Shown here one piece after another: positions 12,995 through 25,358 of a DNA stretch of 64,000 nt. Numbering within the stretch: position 1 is the first letter of the stretch; each line of letters begins with the position of its first letter. A program made the translations under genes and the position numbers. This DNA is from Octopus vulgaris (lineage: Eukaryota), in NCBI GenBank assembly GCA_951406725.2, contig OX597815.1:142848001-142912000 (forward strand). The letters run 5' to 3'. The notes beneath the pieces are model-generated. The model was not told the origin of the DNA and made no database searches. It saw only the letters and a list, made by a program, of their open reading frames with translations.

Positions 12995-13037
12995 CTGTGT
13001 ATCGCGATTCCTGGGTTATTTCCCTTCATCAGCACAG
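12995..13037 (-). ncRNA. Minimal hammerhead-like motif with degenerate GAAA box
   Basis: ctgtg CTGATGA a ggg-aaataa-ccc a GGAA tcgcga TA cacag. Confidence 0.5.
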
Positions 13038-13101
13038 CATAACTTTTCGGCTAGAGGAGGCGCTGCTAAATTCTTGTTAATTGTTGTTGTTATATATTTC
13101 G

Positions 13102-13182
<81 letters not shown>

Positions 13183-13227
13183 CAAGTTAAGATAGAAAAT
13201 GCTAAAATAATTTTATAAAGAACATTT

Positions 13228-13265
13228 CAGTACCGGTTTCGGTCATTTTGAGACCTTTTCAACTG
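13228..13265 (-). ncRNA. Minimal type I hammerhead, U3-A8 core variant
   Basis: cag TTGAAAA ggtc-tcaaaat-gacc GAAA ccgg TA ctg, in a repeat that starts right after a (TA)n tract. Confidence 0.6.
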
Positions 13266-14061
13266 TAACGATTAAATAATTAAATTTAGAAAAATTAAAA
13301 GAACAGTTTTTTTAAAGGAATATTTGTATAGTGTTCAAATATAAGTGGCATTCTGCCTTTCTCTGTCTCCCTTGTTTGCACTTGTGTGTTCGAGGTCGAA
13401 TATATATATATATGTATATATGCATTACTAGTCGTGCGAAAAGAAAACTGAGAAGAGTGTCTTGAATGAGAATGGAAAATAATTCATAAGTCAATGAGTA
13501 GATGGAAACATTTATATCGTTTGTTACACAGCTTTCTGAAATGAGTGGAGCTCTGAAGTGAGCTTTCTGAAATGAGTAAATGTGCATAACGAATATTCTT
13601 GTACACGCAAGCTAGCAGACAGTAGTCCATCACAGGCACTTATGCGTGTGTTCAAGCAACCTGTCCACACACACACACACACACACACACACGCGGGCAT
13701 AGCCCACACCTACACACACCCATGCTCTGAGGCACTTGCAACCACACAGAAACACATATGCAAATATTCCGTTCTGTTCAACATACCGTGTGCAATGACC
13801 GCACGTAGAAAATATCTACCACATACCAGCACACGTATATGTTTGTTTTCACATATACAATAGTAAGTTATATGAATGCATTATGGAGATCTATGAAGCC
13901 TTACGCAGTAATAGGATGTAGACATTTTATTTTGTTGAATGGTTGTAGTATTACATGTTTTCAATATCGTTGCTGCGAGCATTATGTACTCTTGATGGGA
14001 CAGTGTTCTGTGATAGATGTGACATATAGACAGATAGACACAGAAAGACAGACATAGATAG

Positions 14062-14095
<34 letters not shown>

Positions 14096-14123
14096 ACAGA
14101 GATAGAGAGACAGAGACAGAGAC

Positions 14124-14155
<32 letters not shown>

Positions 14156-14345
14156 CGACATAGATAAATATGCTTATATGTACACACGGATATATATATA
14201 TACGTTTATAGATACATTTATATATAGATATGTGTGTATGTGTGTATCTGTCTGTATGTGTGTGCATCTGCCTCTCTTCCTCTCTTGCTCTCTTTCTCGC
14301 TCTTTCTTTCTCCTCTCTCTCTCTCTCTCTCTTGCTCTCTTTCTC

Positions 14346-14409
<64 letters not shown>

Positions 14410-15506
14410 TGTCTGTGTACGTGTGCGTGCGCGTGTATAACACATGGTAAGTATTTATGTATTTATATTTGGGCACTAGATGAGTAGAGCGTGATTGAAA
14501 TAGGTAAGGCAGACACTGCGTTGGGAAAACGTAGAAGCTGCAGAAACCTACGAGCCTAGAAGTACAAAGAGAAGAATATGGTGAATTGAAGTGCTAAGCA
14601 GTGATGTGTATAAATATTTGTTACCTGTGCAAATTTGAAATCCTAACAAGTTTGCATAAAATGAATAATATGAACAATAGAAAAGCTAAGATCACAATCT
14701 GTGAAGCATGTATCTTCTATATATTTCTATGTATAATTTATTCAAGCCTCAAGAAAACAAATTTCGAATATTTCCATCTACAGAGACTCCATAAGCTCCT
14801 AAAAGTCTCATCGCAAGATAATACCAACCACCTAGAAACACAGCTGTTTGTACAACTACCATGGTTGATGCCAGTCTTACCAAAATATATTTACAGTTGG
14901 ATTCTACTGTGCCAACTCTCAAGTGTCGCTTCCAGTATTTACTGAGGTGCATTTTTTTCACTGTAAAGAGTCTCATTATGACTCAAACTATTTGATTTCC
15001 AGTTCTCTTGATCTAATTGCATTCTATTTTTCATACTTGTTGTTTGTGGCTATTCAAGTTTGCCTTCTGTCTATGCAGTTTCTTTCTCCCATTTAGTTCC
15101 TAGCAATGTATCTTCTGCATTTCTCTATGTTAGCAAATGTTGTAATATTTAAGCTAGCAATGTGTACTTCATCTTCTTCACAAATTCTCCTACTTAAAAA
15201 AAAATGATTTTAGCTTTACACATATTAACCTCTATTTCTTGTTTTTTGTTTCCGCTTTTTGTTTGGTTTCTTTTGTCTGTTTTGTATAAATTATACATAT
15301 TATTAATTGAATTACTGGAAATTGAATTCCATATCGTTCATAAAGAATGCAAATATTCCCTGCTTGACATGTTTTTTCTTTTTTTTATAAATGTACTTGA
15401 AATTAGGAATTTCCTTTAAATATTCTTTCAACACGCACATAATTATAGATAAGATATACCGATAAACATAAATACACACACAAACACACAGATATACAAA
15501 TACATT

Positions 15507-16450
<944 letters not shown>

Positions 16451-17292
16451 TGACTTATTTAATTCTGGAGATTATAATGTTTATCATATATTATAAAGTA
16501 TTTAATGCGTCCATGTTTTAATATCCCTCTCAATAGATATGTTTTTCTTGATGTATTTTAACTTTTATTATAGGTAATTACGTTAGAAAACGTGACTGAT
16601 GTAGTATATATGATAGACATTAAACATTTGAAAGATTAGAAATGCGTTTTACTGTGGACTATTCTGTGTTACGCCTGATAAATGTGTGACAGATATGGAA
16701 CATTTAAGTAATACCCAATATATGAGTGATGCGGAGCGTGTGATATAGGATATGTATATGAAAGGCGGCGAGCTGGCAGAAACGTTAGCACGCCGGGCGA
16801 AGTGCCAAGCGGTATGAATGTTGTGACAGAACTTCGAAATGTGCGCGTACTTAAGTCTGTGCCGGTGTGTTATTCAATAGAGAAATATATGATTGGTATG
16901 GAGAGTGTGTAATAATTGTGTAATGTATCAATAATGTGGAATATACGACGGGCGTTGAATGAGTGATATTGAATGTATCATTGATGTCAAATAGATGATT
17001 GCTCTAGAATATGAGAGTGATGTATAGTTGCTGTGGATGGAGGTACTGCGCATGTGCTAAAATAAGTCAGTGAGGTGCAGTTTGCATGTGCTAATGTATG
17101 TTACAATAGAGTTGAGTAGGTGAGTGTTGCCAGGTATATGAGGGCAAATGTGGATTATGGAGGGGTTGTGGGATTGTTTCCGTAGAATTATGTGAAATGT
17201 GTGGAATGTGAGCGTTTTGTGATGTGTCATTGAAGTATGTGAGTGTTATGATTGTATCAGAGATATGCAAACCTGTAATTGGTATAGAATAT

Positions 17293-17516
17293 GTGGCAGA
17301 AGCGTTAGCACGCCGGGCGAAATGCGTAGCCGTATTTCGTCTGCCGTTACGTTCTGAGTTCAAATTCCGCCGAGGACGACTTTGCCTTTCATCCTTTCGG
17401 GGTCGATAAATTAAGTACCAGTTACGCACTGGGGTCGATGTAATCGACTTAATCCGTTCGTCTATCCTTGTTTGTCCCCTCTGTGTTGAGCCCCTTGTGG
17501 GTAGTAAAGAAATAGG
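17293..17516 (+). mobile_element. SINE family A copy, 5'-clipped, with probable TSD
   Basis: Family A core; direct repeat atagaatatgtg at 17284-17295 and 17518-17529. Confidence 0.85.
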
Positions 17517-18314
17517 AATAGAATATGTGAATTCAACACTTGTAAATACTGTAGAATATATATCCTGTTGAGGTACTGTGTGTGCTGCAAGATGTGAATG
17601 ACGAAAATGAATGAATGTCTTTGCTTTCGGTATATGTTCTTTGCTGGGACATTTGGAATAGCGACGTTATCATATGGTACTCCAAACTCAGACACTCACA
17701 CAGCACACACGCACTAATGTGTTCCTTTGCTAACAACTCACATAGTGTCTTCTTTCATACTGCTATGTAAGATTGATCGCATTATGTTATATATTGAGAT
17801 GTTCACATATTTTGAAGTTGAATATGTAATAAATCGATAAAATAATCATCCACGAAATTCTTCAGTAGCATTATACGCTGTAGAACTAATGGTAATCTTA
17901 AGATGAACTATGAGGGGTGCAGCAGTTGAGGTTGATGTATGTTAGTCCCAAGTCGGACAAACCATATCAACTTGTCTGCAAAGCAGTTTCAACGTTTAGC
18001 ATTTTGGCATTACGTATCTAGAACTACAATATCCGATACGCCTTCATTTTTTAATATGGCAGTGTATGATTCATGTGGTTGCTTAATTGATAAGCTATAG
18101 ATGTATATTTAGGTGGCAGGAATCTAATGCGCTTGGCTTAGATTTTCCTTTGGGGCTGGCCAGATCGGAGCAATCTCAAGATTAATCAGCCGAAATTGCG
18201 AAGATGAACCGGTTCTTGACTAAAGATTGAAGGCTTCGAATGTCCCGTCCGTGTTTTTTGTATCGTCTTCTAAATGTTTCACATTCTTGTCCCAGTTTGC
18301 ATTTTTTTACATTT

Positions 18315-18355
<41 letters not shown>

Positions 18356-18410
18356 AGTATATTTGCCACCTAAATGTGGCTGACCCATCTCGGTCAGAGA
18401 TATATTATTG

Positions 18411-18519
<109 letters not shown>

Positions 18520-18532
18520 CATTTATGCATAC

Positions 18533-18567
<35 letters not shown>

Positions 18568-19587
18568 TGTATATGTCTGTGTGTGTCTATCTACATTCTA
18601 GGCATTAGGTTTTAATGCTTTTTAATACGTTTCGCAGAAATATCAATCATGATTATTTTCATTTTGTGACCATTAGAGACCTAGGTATATATTTGGTCTC
18701 GTATGTCAAGTATATTGAAACGGAAATACTAGGAAGAGAGCAAAAATGAAAATGGCTAGAACAATATCATTTACAATAATGAATGGCACCTTTAAGCAGT
18801 CGCGTTTTAATGAGAATATTTGGTTGCTAAAAATAGTAGTCAATCTTTTTGTTACACACTACAGATTTTAAAATGGATTGGTACTATGAATAATGCGTTT
18901 CAAGTTACAATGTGACGGAAATGAAAACAGAATATACATGGTCAGAAAGATTTTTATCATGTAAAATGAATGCTGTCCTAAGAAGTACCACAAAATAACG
19001 ATAACAATAATAATAACAACGGCAAGTACAACCACAAACAACTATCCAAAACTGAGATTGCTTCAGTGTGATCACACTCCGTTCTAGAAGGATCTGCTAC
19101 ATCACACTGAATTTACACTCTATCATCTTGAAGAGAGAAAGGTCAGATTGTTGTGTAGTCCTGAAAATATGACGTGGTAGCATGGTTGTATAACATCTGA
19201 TCATAAATCTAAGGCTGCTGCGTGGTTGCACAACAACTAGAAACGTCTATAGAAATAGTTCTATTATTTCCCACTTTAAATCCCATGTATCTCCTTATTA
19301 CTGTGACCTTTAGGATTTTCTCAAATTCTAAATTAAGTTACCATGTAATAAAGTCTACTGACTTATAGTTCGCTTTTAATATGTCTGCAATTCTTTCAGT
19401 TCCAAAATTCCAATGGAGCCAGTATTTGTCTGAAGATGTTTCGCATCGGATGTTTTTCAAATAATTTCAAATGAAGAATTTATTTCCAGCAGATTTTATT
19501 TCATATAAACAAAACTACAGACATACACACTCATATACACCACACGCGCACGCACATATCATTTCTATCTATCTATCTATCTATCTA

Positions 19588-19639
<52 letters not shown>

Positions 19640-19712
19640 CATATAAACATACAAGTCCTTTTGTATTCCTCTTCCTGTTTTCGTCCCTATAAACGCAATC
19701 GTAGAAGTGCAG

Positions 19713-19775
<63 letters not shown>

Positions 19776-19821
19776 CATACATATATGTATATACAAATAT
19801 ATATATATACATATATGTATG

Positions 19822-19861
<40 letters not shown>

Positions 19862-20170
19862 AACACCAAAATGAACGACAACGAAGGAAGAAGAGTTTGA
19901 GTAATATATCGCATGAAATGAAGAAAGACACAGAGAGAAAGAGAAAGAATGAGTTAATAGGATAGTGAATGAGAGATACAAATAGACGAAAAAAGCAAAA
20001 AGACAGACACACACACACACAATAGCTGCAAGCGAAGAAGGATTAAAGAACAGGGAAGGAGAGCGAGGTTAAAATCATGGAATACATACACTATGCTTCT
20101 TCGGTACACATCACGAAACATATAAATATAGAGACGCATGAATTATAAATATCTGTGCGTACATATATGA

Positions 20171-20210
<40 letters not shown>

Positions 20211-20221
20211 TATTTCACCAA

Positions 20222-20472
20222 GTGTTCTTGTAGCAAGGCACTTTAATTCACGTTGCTCCAGTTCAGCAGCTGTAGAAATGAGTTGCGACGTCACTGGTGC
20301 CAAGCTGTATCGACCTTTGTCTTTCCCTTGGATAACACTGGTCGCGTGGAGAGAGGAGGCTGGTATGCATGGGCGACTGCTGGTCTTCCATAAAACAACA
20401 TTGCCCGGACTTGTGTCTAGGAGGGTAACTTTCTAGGTGCAATCCCATGGTCATTCATGACCGAAGGGGGTC

Positions 20473-20478
<6 letters not shown>
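20222..20478 (+). mobile_element. GC-richer interspersed repeat (probable SINE 3' half) between (TA)n tracts
   Basis: Composition shift and TA flanks only; no second copy in the window. Confidence 0.4.
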
Positions 20479-20536
<58 letters not shown>

Positions 20537-20550
20537 TATATCTATATTTA

Positions 20551-21280
20551 TCACATTGACCAAGGTATGTCGGAATCAAAATTAGTTTCTTAGACCGTAG
20601 GGTGAGTGTTGAGAGTTCTTTGGCTTTTTCTTCGCTGTTGAAGCGAACTTGTATTGTCGCATATCACACCCACCAGTTCACATAATTCTTCTATGCCTAT
20701 TTTTCGATCAGTTCCTGCGGTGTTTGTTCTGGTCTGCATGTTTTCGAGTTAATGACTTTATAAACGATTGTTCGTTTTTGAGCGGTGTATATGATATTGT
20801 GTGGGGTGTTGAGGTGTAGATTTGAACCTTGTTGAGTAAAGAGGGACTTTGTGTTATTTGTTTTGTTGTGAAGTATAGTATTGTCTTTTTGGTTTTAAGA
20901 TTTCTGCTAATTTTGATTTGTTTTTGTTGTTGTTGTCACTGGCGGTGTCGGCAGCAGAGGAGGTACTTGTAGCAGCAGAATTTGTTGTAGTAGTCGTGTT
21001 AGTGTTAACGGTAGACTTGAAGTTTTAGTTGGCATTGATGGTGGATGGCCTTCAGACATTAGTTTTGTTATTGTTGTTGTTGGTGGTGGTGCTTGTGGTG
21101 GTGGTGGCGGTGCTGGTAGTGCTGTTGGTGTTGGTGGTGCTAGTGGTACTGGTGGTGACAGCGGCGTTCAAGCAGTCAGGTTCAACAGCTAATGGTAGCG
21201 GGAGGCTAGGACATTCTTCCTCGGCCGTTTTTAGCGCATCTAGCGTTACATATTGTGCTGGCCTCTTTATTATAATAACA
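20551..21280 (-). pseudogene. Divergent gag/ORF1-like relic related to the 45.7-53.6 kb units
   Basis: Minus-strand translation QQGSNLHLNTPHNIIYTAQKRTIVYK and YATIQVRFNSEEKAKELSTLTLRSKKLILIPTYLGQ align with ERSNLRLTPPKEILEKTKKRIMFYR and TVEVRFVNEEEARKYSTVYLRSAEWALLPTY*GK of unit 1. Confidence 0.7.
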
Positions 21281-21559
21281 AAAAATAATGTAAATTTAAT
21301 TTTGTCTGTTTGTTTAATGTACTAATAAAGAAATATATTTTCGAAACGAGAAATGGCTAAAATGAATCGACGAAACCCTTCAAAATTTTGGAAATTTCAC
21401 GCACAGAGGGGCGAAATTCTATGTAAATATTAATCAAGTTTGGAATTGTATGTTCTTTAACACAAAGTATTCGACAATAAAAACTTTTATACACACAAAA
21501 CTAGCCAACTTACATGGAACCGGTTTGACCAGCTTCAGTCCATTAGATAGAAAGATACT

Positions 21560-21619
<60 letters not shown>

Positions 21620-21819
21620 CAGAGAGAGAGACAGACAGGCAGACAGACAGACAGATAGGCAGATAATATCCGTATATGCTAAAGTGCACATGCATATTTA
21701 TAAATACATGTGCACGTATGTGTACGTATATGTATGTATGTATGTAGGTATGTATGTACGTATGTATGTATGTGTGTATATTTGTATGTATATGTGTAGA
21801 TACACATGCCGCCTACGTA

Positions 21820-23430
21820 TACACAGGCTGTGTGGGAAGCAGCTTGCTTCCCGATCACATGGATCCGGGATCAGTCCCACTCCGTAGTACCTTGGGGAAG
21901 TGTCTTTTACTATAGCCTCGGGCTTACCAAAGCCTTGTCAGTGTGGATTATGTAGATGTAAATAGAAGAAAGCCCGTTGTGTGTGTGTATATATATATAT
22001 ATGATTGATTGATTGATTGATTGATTCTAGTTTCAGCTTATGAGCTGTGGCCATGCTGGGGCACCGCCATTTGGTGTTGCTACTTGGTTTCACTTCATGG
22101 AGGCTTTCTAGCAACTGCTATTTGGTGCATGAGAGAGTTCGATGCAGCTGCCCTCATCTGCCCCTCCTGCCGTGAAGTTGGTTCATCTGGGACACCTGAC
22201 AGGAAGAGATCCAGCTTCATTTTAAAGACATCTGTATCCACCCCATGCAGGTCTCTCAGGTTCTTCGGGAGGATATTGAAGAGCTGTGGGCCTCGGAAGC
22301 CCAGGCTATCACAGTATCTTGTCCTACATCTTGATGGCAGGTTTGGAGTCCTAGGCACCACGCAGTGGCGCCCAGTTCTGGCATTTGCGTAACTCTCGAT
22401 GCCAAAGTTCAGGACACTTCCCTCCAGGATCTTCCAGATGTATATTATGGCATATCTTTCCCGCCTACGCTCCAGGGAATATAATTTTAATCTCTTGAGT
22501 CTTTCCCAGTAGCTTACATTCTGCATAGAGGCTATCTTCTTTGTGTAGCTTCGTTGGATCGCCTCAAGTTCTGTGATCAACTTGACACTGGATGGTGACC
22601 ATAGCTGAGAGCAATAGTCAAAGTGGCTTAGGACAAGTGTCTTCCAGAGGACCATCATGGTTTATTGTTCTCTTGTTCTAAAGGTTCTAAGAATCCATCC
22701 AGCCAGCCGTCTACATTTCATTGTCAGTTTAGCAACATGTACATGAAAGGTCGCGTCATCACTCATGTGAATACCCAGGTCACGCACTGATTGTGCCTCT
22801 GGGATTGCAATCCCTCCGGGTCCAGTGTATTCATTGGGTATTGCATTCAGTTTTGCATGCTGATAGTATAAAGCTTGAAACTTTCCAGCATTGAACTGCA
22901 TGCTATTCTTTTCAGCCCACTTGTATATTTCGTCCAGCTCACATTGCAGGTGTTTAGTGTCCTCAGGGTTCTGTATTGCCTGTGAAACTTTTGTATCATC
23001 TGCATAACTTGTGATCGTGGCTCTCTGCGTGGCTGAGGGCATGTCTGAAAGGGCCATTATGAACAGTAGTGGTCCCAGAACAGTGCCCTGCGGAACACCG
23101 CTCACTATTTGTGTGTTAATGGAGGTGGCCCCATTGGCTACTACCACCTGACTTCTATCCTTCAGAAAGTCATGAAGCCATTCTCCCAGTTTTCCAACTA
23201 TGTATATATGGGAGGTGATGGGGGTCTTTGTGTTTGTCCATCACCACTGCTTCACAAACGGTGCTTGTATGTTCAGGTCTCCTTAACTTTTCAGTTCGGT
23301 GAAAAAGGTGCTCGAATATGTACCAATCTTTAAAAACTAAGTGTCGGGTCGTCGTTTCATTCGACTAAAAAAATACTCCAAGGCGGACCCCCACCATGGT
23401 CGCAGTATAGGGAGTGAAACAAATAAAAGA
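21820..23430 (+). mobile_element. SINE family B copy split by a nested LINE
   Basis: Head ggctgtgtgg..cttgct..cagtcccact..gtgtctt at 21820-21990; tail at ~23200-23430 matches the intact copy at 24394. Confidence 0.75.
22003..23197 (-). mobile_element. 5'-truncated CR1-like LINE (RT domain, C-terminus and (AATC)n tail)
   Basis: ORFs 22662-23147 (SGVPQGTVLGPLLF, YADD, RDLGI) and 22095-22658 (HFDYCSQLWSP, SLERRRER) separated by a single in-frame stop; 3' tandem repeat tail. Confidence 0.9.
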
Positions 23431-23799
23431 ACAAAAGTGAACGTATATAACAATGTATATTGTATTGTTACAGACAAAGAAAGTCAGAGAAGTATGAAAC
23501 AGAAAGAAACCGTGATCTCGTAGCGGCTGAAGAAATATTTTAACTAGATAGATAGATATACGTAAGTACGCGATCAGGTGCCCATGATTGTATGTGTGTG
23601 TGTGTGTACGTGTTTGTGTGCGCGCGCACATACATTGTAAATTGTATAACAGTGTGTATTATACTGTAACAGAGCTAAAGAAAGTCAGAGAAATATGAAA
23701 TAGGACGAGGCCGAGATCTCGTGGCCACTGAAGAAACTTTAACTATTCGATCATACTTCATATATATATATATATATATATATTGTCAATAATAATAAA

Positions 23800-24390
23800 G
23801 GACCATTTAAATTTACCGTAAATGGTCCTTTTACATACTGAACACTGCTTGGTAAAATTATTAATTACTAATTAATTAATTAATTTTGCCCTTTATTATT
23901 AGTGACAATATAATTCTCTCCCTGATGATAAACTACAGATTCTTCTGTAGGAATTTGTTGCTCTATAACTCACGTGGGTGGACAGGGGAAGATGTGGAGC
24001 CTCATTCGTATGTTTTGAATTCGTTAGTACTGGATGTCGGAGATGGTTTGTCTGAAGTTACTCAAATCAGATGGGTATGTTCGACTTTTAGTGCTCTCAA
24101 ATTTCAATTTAATGAAATATCTGTGCTGATGACGGGAATGTTAGAATAGGGATGTATTTCTAGCTTCTCTATATCTGACTAACCCAGAAACGCGTTCACG
24201 AGTGATCTAATTTCGAGTGAACTTTCGTTATTTTTCCCTCTATGCCTGCGTGAATTGTTTTTGAGTATACATTGTCTGGGAGACTCTTCTTACAGTGGAA
24301 GAAATAGAATTTTGTGGCTGCTATTTCTAAAAATTCGGTATGTGGTAAACCAAACTTTTTTGGCTGAACCCTAATTATATAAAATTATAT
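23800..24390 (+). mobile_element. Third member of the hammerhead-bearing ~560 bp family (opposite orientation to 10266)
   Basis: aatggtccttttacatactgaa...aattaattaattttgccct and gctgctatttcta..ttcggtatgtgg are reverse complements of segments of the 10266 monomer; short inverted hairpin aaggaccattta...taaatggtcctt at the left end. Confidence 0.75.
24123..24199 (+). ncRNA. Type I hammerhead ribozyme with extended stem II
   Basis: gtg CTGATGA c ggg-aat-gttaga-ataggg..ctctat-a-tctgac-taa-ccc a GAAA cgcg TT cac; canonical core. Confidence 0.75.
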
Positions 24391-24393
24391 ATA

Positions 24394-24752
24394 GGCGCAG
24401 GAGTGGCTGTGTGGTAAGTAGCTTGCTAACCAACCACACGGTTGCGGGTTCAGTCCCACTGCGTGGCATCTTGGGCAAGTGTCTTCTGCTATAGCCCCGG
24501 GCCGACCAATGCCTTGTGAGTGGATTTGGTAGACGGAAACTGAAAGAAGCCTGTCGTATATATGTATATATATGTATATGTTTGTGTGTCTGTGTTTGTC
24601 CCCCTAGCATTGCTTGACAACCGATGCTGGTGTGTTTAGGTCCCCGTCACTTAGCGGTTCGGCAAAAAGAGACCGATAAAATGAGTACTAAAAGGTGGTG
24701 CTCCAGCATGGCCGCAGTCAAATGACTGAAACAAGTAAAAGAGAGAAAGAGT
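24394..24752 (+). mobile_element. SINE family B, near full length (tRNA head, CORE-like ttgggcaagtg, internal TA/TG microsatellite)
   Basis: A box gtggctgtgtgg, B box gggttcagtccc; tail ...ccagcatggccgcagtcaaatgactgaaacaagtaaaaga. Confidence 0.85.
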
Positions 24753-24817
24753 AAGATATATATACATATATAGATAGATAGATATACAGACAGACAGACA
24801 GGCAGGCAGATAGATAA

Positions 24818-24848
<31 letters not shown>

Positions 24849-25303
24849 CATACATACATACATACATACATACATACATACATACATACATACATACATA
24901 AATAGATGCTAGTATGTGTGTGAGGGCGGCGTCTGTGTGCATGTCAGTGTGTGTACATACACATCTACATACATAGTATATTATTATATAACAATGTGTA
25001 TTGTACTGTTAGAGACATAAAGAGACTATGAAGAATAATAAAGAGACATAAAGAGAAATATGAAGAATGATATTGAAAATAATAAATGAGTGAAAGACCG
25101 AGAGAGTGCGGAAAGAGAAAGATGGTAAACAATGAGAGCAAGTAAGTCTATGAGGTTAAGTTTCTCAGTTGCCTTGATATATTGAAGATCTATGTAATGT
25201 GAATGTATATCTTCGTGTGTTTCCATGTGAGTGCACCATGCATAGACACATACACACGCTCTTATGCACAAGCACACAAGTACACACACAGACGTACTCA
25301 CAC

Positions 25304-25358
<55 letters not shown>

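Noticed and set aside
21029-21325. Hydrophobic ORF resembling a membrane protein
   Set aside because: Antisense of a low-complexity (CAC/CAA) tract; the same applies to 59237-59443.
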